From Eledone cirrhosa (lineage: Eukaryota): a stretch of DNA of 64,000 nt. Location: the NCBI GenBank assembly GCA_964016885.1, contig OZ024743.1, positions 36,518,001 to 36,582,000 of the forward strand, read 5' to 3'. The first letter of the stretch is position 1, and each line of letters begins with the position of its first letter. Position numbers and translations under genes: made by a program. Under the pieces are notes generated by a model. The model did not search any database, had not been told where the DNA came from, and saw nothing but the letters and a program-made list of their open reading frames with translations. This document shows positions 14,867-27,976 of this stretch, piece by piece.

Positions 14867-14925
14867 GCTGTCTGATGAGGTCATAACTGTTGCATATCGG
14901 TTATCACCGAAATATATATAACAGC
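14867..14925 (+). ncRNA. Minimal type-I hammerhead ribozyme, family A
   Basis: gctgt-CTGATGA-ggt c ataact..ggttat c acc-GAAA-tatata-TA-acagc: canonical core, 5-bp stem I, palindromic stem III. Confidence 0.8.
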
Positions 14926-15277
14926 GATTTTGAATAATACCCCATTGACTTGAACTTCGTGATTATATATATATATATAAAAATTGCTAAAACCTCGGAT
15001 GAGAATTTGACTTTGCTATCTTAATTCAAATTTCGTCGACAGATTCAAATCTCATTGATAGCAAGGTTTAATCACCCCATCACAGGCCCTTAAATGTTTA
15101 TGAAAGCTGCAATGGTTAGAAGAAAATATTTTGTCCTCTGCATCTGTTGTTGAATGGTGATGACGACTAATTTAATTTGCAATGCTTGCTATGTAATTTA
15201 CCACGACACTGGTTAATCGAGGCTTCAACTAAATTCCACGATTGAATTATTTCATGCATTATCTGCAGTCATCTTGG

Positions 15278-15470
15278 GGGAGTAGTGGATTGACAGGATC
15301 ATTAAAGCGCCGGACTAATTGAGTCATCTTCTTCAAATCGTGTCGAGGTTAACTTTGTCCTTAACCTGTCGGCTCAATAAAATAAATTTCCATTAAGGTA
15401 CTGGGGTCGATATGTTCCACTTTATCTACCCTAAAATTGCTGGCCTAAAATAGTGCCTAAATTAGAAATC
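15278..15470 (+). mobile_element. tRNA-derived SINE, major family (diverged)
   Basis: gtggattgacaggatc...ttcaaatcgtgtcgaggttaactttg...actggggtcgat...aaattgctggcc. Confidence 0.75.
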
Positions 15471-15962
15471 ACTAGTGGTTTCAGGCTGGCATGTGTAGTG
15501 TGCATATTGATATTATACGCAAGTATATATTCATGTAGATATGATATATGAAATAAAATCGTAATTCACAATATACACAGAAATTAAAAGAAGACTGCGT
15601 TACACTGTCCTATGTGATCAGTAACGTAATCCATGATACATTAAAAAAAAAACGATATCTAATATATATTTGTGAAATGGGTGGTGGTTGAAATTCAGAT
15701 GTGCACGGTTAAATGGTAGTAGACGTGGGCGGACGGACATGAAAATGTACACACCTATGTAAAAAGTGCCAAGGAAGCAAATAGACGAGGTTTCAAATCT
15801 CTAACTTGACAAATGTGGTCCCTGGGGCCCCAAAACGGTCTATTTACTATCGCGTTCGGTGAGTTATTTCCCCTGTTCCAATACTTTTGTCTTATTTACA
15901 ATTTCATACAAATAAAGCAGTAAATAAAGGATTATGAGTTCATGCAATTGACTTATGTTTCG

Positions 15963-15994
<32 letters not shown>

Positions 15995-15997
<3 letters not shown>

Positions 15998-16798
15998 TAA
16001 TCTATAAAGCTCAGTGTGTGGTCATGCTCCTTCGTTATAGAAATCTACGATATAGAATTTCTTCAATTGAAATTTACAATTCAGTATTCGAAATAGCTTC
16101 GATTGCGTCTTGACGCAGATCATTTTTTCAATTTCACCCACATTTACGCAAAAAATAGATAAAACTCAATATTTTACGATTTCTCTCTCTCATTTAAACT
16201 GCTGAACTCTTTCTACTACCATTCAAAATCTATACAACTTCATACTTTCTGCTACTTTCTCTTTCCAAGCTTGATGGTGATACTGTCCGTTCACACCACT
16301 CCCTACTGTCTTAAATTTAGAAAACATATCTTCTATGAGGTCATTAATCCTGCTAGAAACAGCAGCTAACTCTCCCCCATATCACACCACTCCCTACTGT
16401 CTTAAATTTAGAAAACACATATCCTCTATGAGGTCACTAAACCTGCTAGAAACAACAGCTAACTCTCCCTCATATCACAACCCTCCATACTGTCTTAAAT
16501 TTAGAAAACACACAGACAACCATGCAGAACAACTCCATCGCAGCTCTGTTGTTCGGCTGGCATCGTCTACGCGCGTGTTGCGCAAGTACTGTGAAACAAT
16601 AAATTTCAGCACTTTTTTGCACAGAGATAATATCCATAGGCGAAACTACAATTGTCACTGCTGGCGCAGCTCATGCTTCCAGGTCTGCAATTCATTCACC
16701 CAGTGCCTGGCAGACAAAAAAGTGCTGCCATAAAATGGGTGGTGCAACCTAACTTTGGTAACTTAGTGACCCCGAGCAACGCCGGGCTTTAATGCTAG
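15995..16798 (+). mobile_element. Non-autonomous Helitron with internal ~92-bp tandem repeat
   Basis: 3' hairpin cccgagcaacgccggg followed by CTAG|T at 16795-16799. A ~92-bp unit recurs at about 16291, 16382 and 16475 (partial). Confidence 0.7.
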
Positions 16799-17211
16799 TA
16801 TATATATAAACGGAAAAAATGAAACCAAATTTCGTTTCTCACTCTTAGTACGGCTGTTACTTAAATATAAGTATGTATACGTACATACATATATGTATAC
16901 AGACGTACAGTAGTATGTATGTATATATATATACATACATGCACACATATATATATGTACGTATGGATTCACCGAACATTTATTATAATGCTCGGTGTGT
17001 TTGTAAACAAACATCCCGAATTAAGCCGTACAGTGTCTAGAAACCATCGTTGCTCATTTGTTCAACACTGACAAAGGAACGCTGTACTAGTTTCAAGCTT
17101 ATTAGCTATCGTCAGCAACGCATACCTTCCATATATATATGTGTGCATGTATGTATATATATATACATACTACTGTACGTTTGTATACATATATGTATGT
17201 ACGTATACATA

Positions 17212-17256
<45 letters not shown>

Positions 17257-17990
17257 GGAAAGTTATATTTAAATTGTTGGGTTACAACTAGTAAATATTT
17301 ATAACTGATATAAAAGCACTCGACAAGTATTTGGAGTATATTTACAATATTAAATAAATGGAAACTATATTTATAAAACCATATTTATTTCATTATATAT
17401 ATTTCAGGGATATCATATTAACAATATGCTATGCCTTCCTCAGACAAAATACAATATAAACAGTTTTATAGATAAATAGATTCGACATACCGTAACAACA
17501 TCGACTTGCATTTGAAAAAGTTGAATTGGCAATATTTTATATATATATATATATATATATAAAATATGAAAACGCTTTGATAAAAAAAAATATCAACTGT
17601 AATGTATGTAAGCATGTATTTATGTGTTTATATGAGCGGGGATATGCAAGTAAATCTTACTTTGTGGACAGCTGCCCCTTAGCATAATATTCATGCTAGA
17701 ACAGCATATATTTGAAAGTTTTCAGGGAGTTGAATTACTGATTTTGGATCGGCAGCTTTAGCTTTGAAAAATGAAATGTGCAGTGTAAACATTTTTTATT
17801 ATTCCTCCGGGGATGAATCTTCTCTGCCTTTTTCCATCTCTTTCTTTCTCTCTGGAAGAAATCAGCCGTAGTAAGACCTAAAAAAATGGTTAGATACACC
17901 ATGACGCACCGTGCATCACGGTGGAGTTAAAAAGCAGACTCAGAATATGGCGTTGTGTGGGGGTGGCTCGCAGCCCAATGTTCCAGTGGG

Positions 17991-18078
17991 AGAAGAAGAA
18001 GAAGAAGAAGAAGAAGAAGAAGAAGAAGAAGAAGAAGAAGAAGAAGAAGAAGAAGAAGAAGAAGAAGAAGAAGAAGAA
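17991..18078. repeat. (GAA)n microsatellite
   Basis: Direct reading. Confidence 0.98.
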
Positions 18079-18389
18079 GGTGTGAGCTGGAGTCCTATCA
18101 AATATGTAGGTTGTGTCTTAAATTGCAGGTTTAGTAGAAACAATTCATGTATAGTTTTGTACTTTTCTTTTTGTCATTTATATATAAACAAATCTACTAT
18201 ATAAATTGGAAGTGGTCGGACGTTGTATATGTAGGTGTAGTCGGATAAACGTCGAAACGGCTTGGTAGAAAAAATTTACACAGTTGTGCAGAATGACCCA
18301 AGAAGGCGTTGGGTCGACTTTCAAGCTACAAGCTTCCCTGGTTTCGGAGAAAATCGATGAAACAGGAATTTCCCATTCAAATTGAACTG

Positions 18390-18572
18390 AGAGTAATCTG
18401 TGAACGCAGAAGTAAATATTTCGAGAAACGTTGCAACCGAACGAAAACAGGAAGACGATATTTTGGTTCGTGAAGACGTTCCCTGGCAATGAACGGGAAA
18501 AAAGCGAGGATAATACGTCGTTATGTGGATCGTAAAGAACAATTTCATGCAAAGACAAGACCAAGTTTATAT
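18390..18572 (-). repeat. Internal segment of hammerhead family C cassette
   Basis: aatctgtgaacgcagaagt...aggaagacgat..ttggttcgtg..acgttccctggca matches 51990-52170. Confidence 0.75.
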
Positions 18573-18774
18573 GATTTCCAGCCCCGGTGTTTAAGAATGA
18601 TGTAAATAAAATTGAAAACGAAAATGACAGAGGTTATTAAAATAGTAAAAGTAAATAGTGAAGATTTAGGCCAGTACATACGTATGCCCCGACGGATATA
18701 CACATACATACGCACACACAAATACATAGACACCCAGACACCCCACACACACACACACACACGAACGCACGCGC

Positions 18775-19221
18775 GTATGTATAAACCTTATGCATTTCTA
18801 CAGTATTTTCACCAAACTTAAGACATAGGTTACTTATGTACTCCGGATGGTCATGGGCACTGTCATTTTTCCAGATATTGATTATAGGGCCACCCGGCAG
18901 ATAACCCCTTTAACCACTTTAACCACTTCCTTGGGGTCGACTGAAGCTCTGCATTGCAATGCAACAAAACGTCATAACTTCTGGAGTTCGCAACCGATTT
19001 TCACAAAACTTGACACATGGGCTACGTTTGTCCTACAGATGAATGTGAACTCTCAGAATTGGCACATATTGGGTAGGGGATCCCTGGGTGCAGGAACCTC
19101 CTTTTGAAAAAAGCCGATTATTTTGTAAAAGTATAGTTTTCGAAGCAGCACTGAAGTATTGACATAAATGGTATACACAACTGGTATTTAATATCCGAGC
19201 AACGCCGGGTACATCTGCTAG
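18775..19221 (+). mobile_element. Non-autonomous Helitron (3' end clear)
   Basis: ccgagcaacgccgggtacatctgCTAG|T terminus; internal ccgattttcacaaaactt subterminal-type motif. Confidence 0.65.
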
Positions 19222-19524
19222 TTATATATAAACTGCATTACGAGAAAATTAGTGACGGAAATATATGAACGTTTATTTAAGCGATCGCTAACCGGAAGTG
19301 TTGACATTTGAAAATTTTAAAGAAGTGAATCTTAAAATAAACAACAACATTATTTATATATAATCAAGAATAATGAAATTTAGTAGATAAATTATGTAAT
19401 ATTCATTCATTATTTATTCAAAGTAATCCAACTTATTTTACAAACGAGATAAAAAATATATTGTGGACGCAGTCCCGCACTCCTGACTTTATTATAGTTT
19501 AGATTGTATGTAGCTATATGAGAG

Positions 19525-19795
19525 ACCTCATTCATAGTTGAATGGTTAAGAAGTTCTTGGGTTCGACTCCGCTGCATGGTATCTTAAGTAAACGTCTTTA
19601 CTCTAGCTCTGGGTTGACTAAAGCCATGAGAGTGAAATTAAGAAGACAGAAACTGTGAAAGCCGTGGCAAGACTGTACCTGTAAGTCTAGCCTGTATCAC
19701 CCTCAACACTACGTTAAAGGCACACGTGTTAGTGGAATATTAAGTCATTTACATGTTAGATTACGAGTCGGATGTTCAGTTGTTCGAAGAACTAA
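19525..19795 (+). mobile_element. Diverged SINE of a third family plus adjacent interspersed repeat
   Basis: tggttaagaagtt..gggttcgactccgctgcatgg head; gggttgactaaagcc...gacagaaactg body. Confidence 0.5.
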
Positions 19796-19847
19796 ACAGT
19801 TATCGTTGAAACCAACGGAGAATCATCATCATTATCACCCCCATCAC

Positions 19848-19934
<87 letters not shown>

Positions 19935-19935
<1 letters not shown>

Positions 19936-22727
19936 TGCATTTATCTTGCTTTATGTTTATACGAGTTATCACCAAGTCACAACCAGTGACCTCAAGAGAC
20001 AACAAGGTCCGCCATGTTCAAGAAAGAACATACATATTCACACATGCATCCTTAGTGTTTAGACTTGTGATGTACTTATATTGACAGGATCTTCCTTAGT
20101 ATATGGGCAGTTCCCATTAGTACTATCTTTTGTATTTCTCCTATACGCGGGTTTCCTGGGATTTGCGATAAGTAGTCGTTAGACCTCTTAGGTATCATTC
20201 CCAGAGCGCCTACAACCACTGGTATTGTTTTAGTTCTCAATTTCCACATTTTCCCAATTTCTATCTCCAGGTCCTTATACTTGCTCAATTTTTCAAATGT
20301 TTTTATAGATACATTCTTGTCTATTGGAACAGACATATCAATTAGCAGGCATACCCTCCTTTGAAAGTCCTTCAATATTATATCAGGTCTATTTGCATCT
20401 ATTTTTCGGTCTGTTTGGATGCTAAAGTTCCACAAGATTGAGATGTGATCTTTTTCAAGTATGGGAGGTGGTTGATGCTCCCACCAATTCTTTTGATGAG
20501 GCAGGTCAAAATGCTTACACATTATCCAATGTATGTATTGTGCAGCTCTGTCATGCCTGTTTAGGTATTCGGTTGGAGCTATAGGACTGCACATTGAAAT
20601 TATATGGTCAATGGTCTCTGGTTGTTTTTTGCATACACGGCATAATGGGCTGCACCCATTTCTTATTATGTTGGCTTGGTAATTTTTTGTTGGCAGACAC
20701 TGATCTTGTGCCGATATAATCAGTCCTTCAGTCTCCGATTTCAGTCCAGAGGATGCCAACCACTGATGGGTTAAAGTTTTGTCAACATCAGGATTGTTAG
20801 CTCGCTCTGGGTATTTTCCATACAGAGGCTTTTCTTGCCATTTCTTAGCCAGTTTCTGTAGCAGTTCTTTCTTTGCAGTTACTTTTACCTGCTTTGCTTT
20901 TTCTGTGTTTTCCATTTCAGCAGTAAATGGGACTTCTGAAATTTGTAGTCCATTACTGTATCTTTGTGCATCTTTTGTAATGGAATATGATCTTTTGGTG
21001 CTTTCGTGTTTCAAAACGAGTTTGATCATCCAATCATGTAATTCCCTTAGATATGTGGATAATCCAATTGTTGCAGTTTTCAACGCAATGTCTAACTGGA
21101 TTAACCCACGTCCTCCTTCTTTCCTAGGGAGATATATTCTATCTATGTCTGCCTTAGGGTGATGCATTCTGTGCATGGTTAAGAATTTTCGGATTTTTGT
21201 ATCGAGCCTACGGATCTCTGTGCTTGACCAGTTGATGACATTGTAACTGTAGGTTACTACTGGTATGGCAAGCGTGTTTATGGCATCGATCCTATTCCTT
21301 GCATTCAATTCCGTTCTTAAGATTGCTCTGACTCTGCGGTAACATTCCTTCCTTATCCTTTCCCTCATTGTCGAGTGCTTGATTCCGTCTCCTTCACAAA
21401 CACCTAGATATTTGTAAGTTTGTTCTTGATCAAGCTCTCTTATCACGTTCCCCCGATCAAGATTAATGTCTGAACTCTTCAGCAGCTTTCCTCTGGTGAA
21501 CGTTGCTTTGGCGCATTTATCCAGTCCAAACTCCATTTTAATGTCATCACTGAACTGCTTCACAGTGGATAATAGCCCTTGCAATTGTTCATCATTTTTT
21601 GCAAATAGTTTCAGGTCATCCATGTAGAACAGGTGATTAATGGTTTTGTCATAGACTCTATATCCATGTTTTGTTTCATTGAGCATTTTACTTAATGGTA
21701 TAAGTGCGATGCAGAATAAAAGCGGTGATAAAGAGTCACCCTGAAAAATTCCACAATTAATGTTAACTTCTCCAGCTTCCAGTGATTTTGTTTCACTATT
21801 CAAAAGGAGTGTCGTTCTCCATGTCCTCATACTGAATGACAAAAACCTCCTGACAACGGGGGATATTTTGAAAATCTCTAAACATTTTTCAATCCAACTG
21901 TGTGGCAAACTATCAAATGCTTTTTTATAATCTATCCAAGCAATCGATAGATTTTTGTGTCTATTATGACAATCTTCCAGTATCATTTTGTTAACCAGAA
22001 GCTGATCCTTACAGCCATATGAGCCTCGTTTACACCCTTTCTGCTCAATGGGAAATAGGTCATTTGTTATCAGGTGGTCATATGTGTATTCAGTTAGGAC
22101 TGATGTTAACATTTTATACATTGTGGTCAAGCAGGTTATCGGTCTGTAATTTTTGGGATTGTTTGTCTCATCATTCTTCGGTAGCAGGAATGTAATGCCG
22201 TTAACTAGCCATGATGGTATCTTTTCTGGCTCCTTAACTATTTCATTGTAAAGTTGGGCTAACAGCTCATGAGACTCTGTGAAGGCATTTATCCAAAAGT
22301 TTTGTATTTTGTCTTTTCCTGGGGATTTCCATTTGCTGGTTTTTCTTAGAGCCAAGCGCAGCTGTTCAACTGTTATATTTTCCCATGTTTGTTCTTCAAG
22401 GTGAGCTGTTTCTTTCATTTGTCTGTCTATCCATGGGGCATGTATGTTATGAACTTTTTCTTCGGCCCAGAACTTTTCCCAGAATTCTTGCACTTCCTCC
22501 TTGGGTGGTATTGATTTAGCAGTTATTGTTGACTTACCAATTTTTCTGTAGAAGTTTCTTTGGTTGTTTTTGAACATATTATTGTCCTTATAGAATCTAG
22601 ATCGTTTTTCAAAGCGCCTTATACGAGCAGCTTTGGCCGACACTTTTTGCTTGATTGTTTCTATCAGCATGTCTATGTCACATGTTGATCTTATACTGTA
22701 CTTTTTTTTCAATTTTTTAAGTTTAGT
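19935..22727 (-). mobile_element. R4/Dong-clade non-LTR retrotransposon, 5'-truncated, within (TAA)n
   Basis: Contains the 878-aa ORF and a ~140-bp 3'UTR. (TAA)n lies on both sides (19895-19934, 22727-22812). Confidence 0.9.
20076..22712 (-). CDS. RT + CCHC finger + restriction-like endonuclease polyprotein (R4/Dong type), N-terminally truncated but uninterrupted
   Basis: WKSPGKD, NYRPITCL, WIDYKKAFDS, GIFQGDSLSP, LFYMDD, CRVCK...H...C, RHD, RPDII...IDMSVP...KLSKY. Confidence 0.92.
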   Translation of the reverse strand: MKKKYSIRSTCDIDMLIETIKQKVSAKAARIRRFEKRSRFYKDNNMFKNNQRNFYRKIGKSTITAKSIPPKEEVQEFWEKFWAEEKVHNIHAPWIDRQMKETAHLEEQTWENITVEQLRLALRKTSKWKSPGKDKIQNFWINAFTESHELLAQLYNEIVKEPEKIPSWLVNGITFLLPKNDETNNPKNYRPITCLTTMYKMLTSVLTEYTYDHLITNDLFPIEQKGCKRGSYGCKDQLLVNKMILEDCHNRHKNLSIAWIDYKKAFDSLPHSWIEKCLEIFKISPVVRRFLSFSMRTWRTTLLLNSETKSLEAGEVNINCGIFQGDSLSPLLFCIALIPLSKMLNETKHGYRVYDKTINHLFYMDDLKLFAKNDEQLQGLLSTVKQFSDDIKMEFGLDKCAKATFTRGKLLKSSDINLDRGNVIRELDQEQTYKYLGVCEGDGIKHSTMRERIRKECYRRVRAILRTELNARNRIDAINTLAIPVVTYSYNVINWSSTEIRRLDTKIRKFLTMHRMHHPKADIDRIYLPRKEGGRGLIQLDIALKTATIGLSTYLRELHDWMIKLVLKHESTKRSYSITKDAQRYSNGLQISEVPFTAEMENTEKAKQVKVTAKKELLQKLAKKWQEKPLYGKYPERANNPDVDKTLTHQWLASSGLKSETEGLIISAQDQCLPTKNYQANIIRNGCSPLCRVCKKQPETIDHIISMCSPIAPTEYLNRHDRAAQYIHWIMCKHFDLPHQKNWWEHQPPPILEKDHISILWNFSIQTDRKIDANRPDIILKDFQRRVCLLIDMSVPIDKNVSIKTFEKLSKYKDLEIEIGKMWKLRTKTIPVVVGALGMIPKRSNDYLSQIPGNPRIGEIQKIVLMGTAHILRKILSI

Positions 22728-22822
22728 TATTATTATTATTATTTTTTAGTTATTATTATTATTATTTTTTTTCAATTTTCTAAGTTTAGTTATTATTATT
22801 ATTATTATTATTAGAATGCTGT

Positions 22823-22866
<44 letters not shown>

Positions 22867-22984
22867 AAATATATATTTATGTTTCTTTTTGTGGTGACAC
22901 CCTGTATATACACACACACATGTATATATATATATATATATATACACACAGAGTGTCCCCCAAAAATGTATACACACTTCAACA

Positions 22985-23348
22985 GCCGTGAAAAGGAAAA
23001 TCAGGGTAGAGAGGGAAGTGCTCTCTTCCCAGCATTTTGTTGAAAGATGGGTGAGAGAAGCAAGTATGGCCCGAATGAATGGGCCTTCTCTGAGTATGTG
23101 TCTGTAAATTAAAGGTGGAAAACTGCGAGAGGGCACTTGCCCTGGTGGTCAGGGCCACTGTGGTCTTTTAATGGGCTTTCTCCACAAATGTCCCTTGGAA
23201 GTCTCCCCCCTATTGGGGAATTTTTCTTTGTTATTTTATTTCAACCTCTGTTTTTTTACACGCAGAAATGCCCATTTGTACCGTCCTGTATTGTCCTGTA
23301 CTGTCCTTAATGTCTACTTTATGTGAACCCTGTGGTTAATAAAGAAAA

Positions 23349-23350
<2 letters not shown>
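22985..23350 (+). mobile_element. 3' fragment of a Tx1-like LINE (ORF2 C-terminus + 3'UTR) with (ATT)n tail
   Basis: Encodes KIRVEREVLSSQHFVERWVREASMARMNGPSL, homologous to the end of the 53577..57014 ORF (RIRMEREVLSHRQFYERWVIVARMARVNGPSL). Confidence 0.85.
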
Positions 23351-23400
<50 letters not shown>

Positions 23401-23401
<1 letters not shown>

Positions 23402-24645
23402 CTTGAATCTCAGTCATTGATGTTAGTTAACTGGAAAGTCCGTTGGAATGAATATCAAGCCACTACCTGCAACCTCAGATATTCAGGACGTATCGGAGGG
23501 TTCTTGCTGTTCCCAGCAAGCATGCCTTTTGAAGCGTTCCAAAAAGCGTGAAGGGGCCGATTTTCTTTAACCATCCCTGGAAACTTTTGGAGATAGTCCC
23601 CAGTGCGCCTATGACAATCGGGATCACTTTGACTTCATGGCAGTTCCAAATCCTTTTTACCTCCCACTTTAAGTCCTGGTATCGGTTAATATTCTCCCTC
23701 TCCTTCTCTTGCACTCTCGTGTCGAATGGGCAGGCCACATCCACAATCAGACACGATCTTTTTTCTTTGTCCAAAACCACCAGGTCAGGTCTATTGTGTT
23801 CCAGTTTCTTGTCCGTCTGTATCCTAAAATCCCACAGCACCTTCACCTGATCGTTCTCCATCACCGCCTCTGGCTTATGCTCATACCACTTCTCAGAATA
23901 TGGTAAATTGTTTACTTTGCACAGGTGCCAGTGGATCACCCTGCCCATCACATCATGTCTCCAGCCCTTATAGTGGGTCTGGGCTAGGTGTTTACACTCG
24001 GATACAATGTGAGCCACAATCTCCTCTCTCTCTCCACAGACCCTGCACAGTGGGCTAGCCTCCTCCTTGTAAATATGGTGTTTCAACCACTTCGTTTTGA
24101 GGGCCTGCTCCTGCGCAGCATTAACATTCCTTCTGTAGCCTTTTTAAGGTCTCCTCTTCTCAACCAGTTCCATGTCTGTGGATCTCTAAATTCAGTTTTC
24201 TCAAAGAAGGTACTATGAAGGGATTTTTCCTGAAGACTCCTCTTTCTCCTTGATGTTATTTCCTCCTTGGACATCCCCTGGCCTATTGTCCCCTCCTTCA
24301 GTACAGTTCTGAGCATTGGCTCCTTACTATCAGTCACGTATTTGTGTAGGTTGTTTTTCTCCATCTGAACACAGCCCTCTATGCTGATAAGACCTCTTCC
24401 ACCCTCAGATCTCCTTAGGTAGAGTCTATCGACATCACTCCTCTTGTGGAACATGTTGTAGATAGTCAATAGCTTCCTAGTCTTCCTATCCATTTCTTTT
24501 TATTCAGCAACATTCCATCTCAGAATTCCCGCACTGTACCTAATAATAGACACAGCTCGGGAATTTACTGCGCTTATGGCATTTCTGCTGTTCAGATGTG
24601 ACTTCAATACGCTCCTTACTCTCCGAATGTATTCAGTTCTTAACA
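23401..24645 (-). mobile_element. R4/Dong-like family 2, 5'-truncated copy 1 (frameshifted)
   Basis: ORFs 24083..24493 and 23475..24086 carry DVDRLY.R..GGRGL, CRVC..H...C, RHD and RPDLVV...VDVACP. (TAA)n flanks. Confidence 0.9.
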
Positions 24646-24646
24646 A

Positions 24647-24688
<42 letters not shown>

Positions 24689-24689
24689 G

Positions 24690-25512
24690 TTCTTTGAGTC
24701 GCAGTCATTGATGTTAGTTAACTGGAAAGTTTGTTTAAATGAATATCAAGCCACTACCTGCAGCCTCAGATATTCAGGACGTATCGGAGGGTTCTTGCTG
24801 TTCCCAGCAAGCATGCCTTTTGAAGCGTTCCAAAAAGCGTGGCAGGGCCAATTTTCTTTAACCATCCCTAGAAACTTTTTGAGATAGTACCTAGTGCGCC
24901 TATGACAATCGGGACCACTTTGACTTCATGGCAGTTCAAAATCTTTTTACTTCCCACTTTAAGTCCTGGTATCGGTTAATTTTCTCCCATCCTTCTCTTG
25001 CACTCTCGTGTCGAATGGGCAGGCCACATCCACAATCAGACACGATCTTATTTCTTTGTCCAAAACCACCAGGTGAGGTCTACTGTGTTCCAGTTTCTTG
25101 TCCGTCTGTATCCTAAAATCCCACAGCACCTTCACCTGATCGTTTTCTATCACCTACTCTGGCTTATGCTCATACCATTTCTCAGAATGTGGTAAATTGT
25201 TTACTTTGCACAGGTGCCAGTGGATCACCCTGCCCATCACATCATGTCTCCAGCCCTTATAGTGAGTCTGGGCTAGGTGTTTACACTCGGATACAATGTG
25301 AGCCATAGTCTCCTCTCTCTCTCCACAGATCCTGCAGTGGGCTAGCTTCCTCCTTGTAAATATGGTGTTTCAACCACTTCGTTTTAAGGGCCGGCTCTTG
25401 CGCAGCCATTAACATTCCTTCTGTAGCCTTTTTAAGGTCTCCTCTTTTCAACCAGTTCCATGTCTGTGGATCTCTGAATTCAGTATTCTCAAAGAAGGTA
25501 CTATGAAGGGAT
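24690..25512 (-). mobile_element. R4/Dong-like family 2, 5'-truncated copy 2
   Basis: Near-identical to 23401-24222; (TAA)n flanks. Confidence 0.9.
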
Positions 25513-25547
25513 TATTATTATTATTATTATTATTATTATTGTTATTA

Positions 25548-25863
25548 CTCTTTGAGTCTCAGTCATTGATGTTAGTTAAGTGGAAAGTTTGTTGAAATGA
25601 ATATCAAGCCACTACCTGCAGCCTCAGATATTCAGGACGTATCGGAGGGTTCTTGCTGTTCCCAGCAAGCATGCCTTTTGAAGCGTTCCAAAAAGCGTGA
25701 AGGGTCCAATTTTCTTTAACCATCCCTGGAAACTTTTGGAGATAGTCCCTAGTGCGCCTATGACAATCGGGATCACTTTGACTTCATGGCAGTTCCAAAT
25801 CCTTTTTACCTCCCACTTTAAGTCCTTGTATCGGTTAATTTTCTCCCTCTCCTTCTCTTGCAC
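25548..25863 (-). mobile_element. R4/Dong-like family 2, 3' fragment copy 3
   Basis: Same 3'UTR and C-terminus (ORF 25624..25863). Confidence 0.9.
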
Positions 25864-25899
25864 TTATGGTCCACCTGGTTCCTTACCACATTTCCTTCG

Positions 25900-25977
<78 letters not shown>

Positions 25978-26226
25978 GTATATATATATATGACGCCATT
26001 TCGAATGTATGCAATGTCTGAGAGTATATTTAGAGATATATGTCTATTAAAATATATATATAAATACGGTGTGTAACCCAATTTAATACAGTGACATTCA
26101 TTTTTCACGTTAAAATTGGAGAATAATAAATGAATAGGAAGACATGAAACAATAGCACAGAAATAAAAACAATTAAAACTATTTCAAAACATGTCTACGT
26201 GTCTGAAGTGTGTAATATGATATTTA

Positions 26227-26267
<41 letters not shown>

Positions 26268-26940
26268 GGCTCAGCAGCAGAGCTCAGCAGCAGGGACCCG
26301 GCTGTCAACCAAATACTGCTGGTATCGGAGGAAGAAGAAGAAGGAAAGGGACCAGAACCAACTGGACGAAAGAATTGAATAGAACTGTTATGCAATGTTA
26401 CCTGAAGAGTAACCCCAAGGAGAAAGGCTATAGGAAACGGATGCATAACATCTGGAACGAGATTGGTCTATTTAAATTAGATGAACAAAAATTGGCCGGG
26501 CAGGCTCGGGTAATAAGAACTAATGGGTGGATAAGCGAGCTGGAACTGGAGGAACTGAGCCCGAGAGATTAGCTTGGAGATGGAGAGTGGAGTATGCCAG
26601 GCAAACGAGCCAATGGGAAATGAAGGTGAAGAGGTCGAGAGAACGGAGGAACCACCCGAAGCAGACAATGATCTGAATGCTGAGATAAATAATACCTGGA
26701 ACAGAGATACGGCCACTGAGGAGATGAATGCTGATGGGCTAGGACAAGATTTGGTTGATATCCTAAACTTAGTGGTAGATGAATTGAACAATGATAATGG
26801 GAGACCTATGAACCTAAGATTTGTAGACAGGAAAAAGTTAAAATAAACAACAGCTAAGGTAAACAAAGTCATCCCATACCTTGAGGCGAGGAGCCTTCAC
26901 CAGTGCAACAATATCCTCAAAGCAACAGCAAATACGGTGA
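26268..26940 (+). pseudogene. R4/Dong-like N-terminal ORF fragment
   Basis: WTK.LNRTVMQCYLKSNPKEKGYRKRMHNIW...EQKLAGQARVIRTNGWISELELEE is typical of the R4/Dong N-terminus. Starts directly after (TAA)n. Confidence 0.7.
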
Positions 26941-27633
26941 GGAAACTTTTTTCTTTCTCATATATCATTTTATACATATATCGAGAATGACACTTTCTTT
27001 TAACTATTACACTCCCTTCCCCCTTTATCTTCCGCATATAAGTGATCGCGCGTGTGAGTGTGTTTATACGCGTGCTTTAATAATCATATGTGTATCTAAT
27101 ACCTGCTTCTGGATTCGTGTCAACTAGATTATATCCGTATTTGTGGTTACATATACTCAAATATACTTGCCCTCATATATGTACTTACGCACACATTTTC
27201 ACCATACACACGCATTTGTACATACATATGTACATTTGTAAGTGTATATACATACATATACACACACCTAACTATATTTCCTTATATTTTTTATATATTT
27301 TATATGTCTATTGCATTACCTTTATTTATATATATTTTTTTTGCATTTCTTGAGGAGACTTTCCAAATATTTCACTATGTTTTATATTGCCTTGTCCGAC
27401 GAACAAATGAGGACGTTTCTTTCGTATTCGTCTTATTCGGCAAACCTCTGGTAATGAGGTAATTATACTGTATTGTTTATTATACATTATATATATATAT
27501 ATATACAGTTATCGTTGAAACAAACGGAGAATCATCATCATCATTATCACCCCTCACCCCTACTACCACCTCCACCACCACCATCACCATCATCAATCAT
27601 CATCATCATCATCATCACCACCACTACCACCAC

Positions 27634-27672
<39 letters not shown>

Positions 27673-27850
27673 GTTAAATATCATATTACATACTTCAGAC
27701 ACGTAGATATGTTTTGAAATAGTTTTAATTGTTTTTATTTCTGTGCTATTGTTTCATGTCTTCCTATTCATATATTATTCTCCAATTTTAACGTGAAAAA
27801 TTAATGTCACTCTATTAAATTGTCAGACATTGCACACATTCGAAATGGCG

Positions 27851-27936
<86 letters not shown>

Positions 27937-27941
27937 TGCGT

Positions 27942-27976
<35 letters not shown>

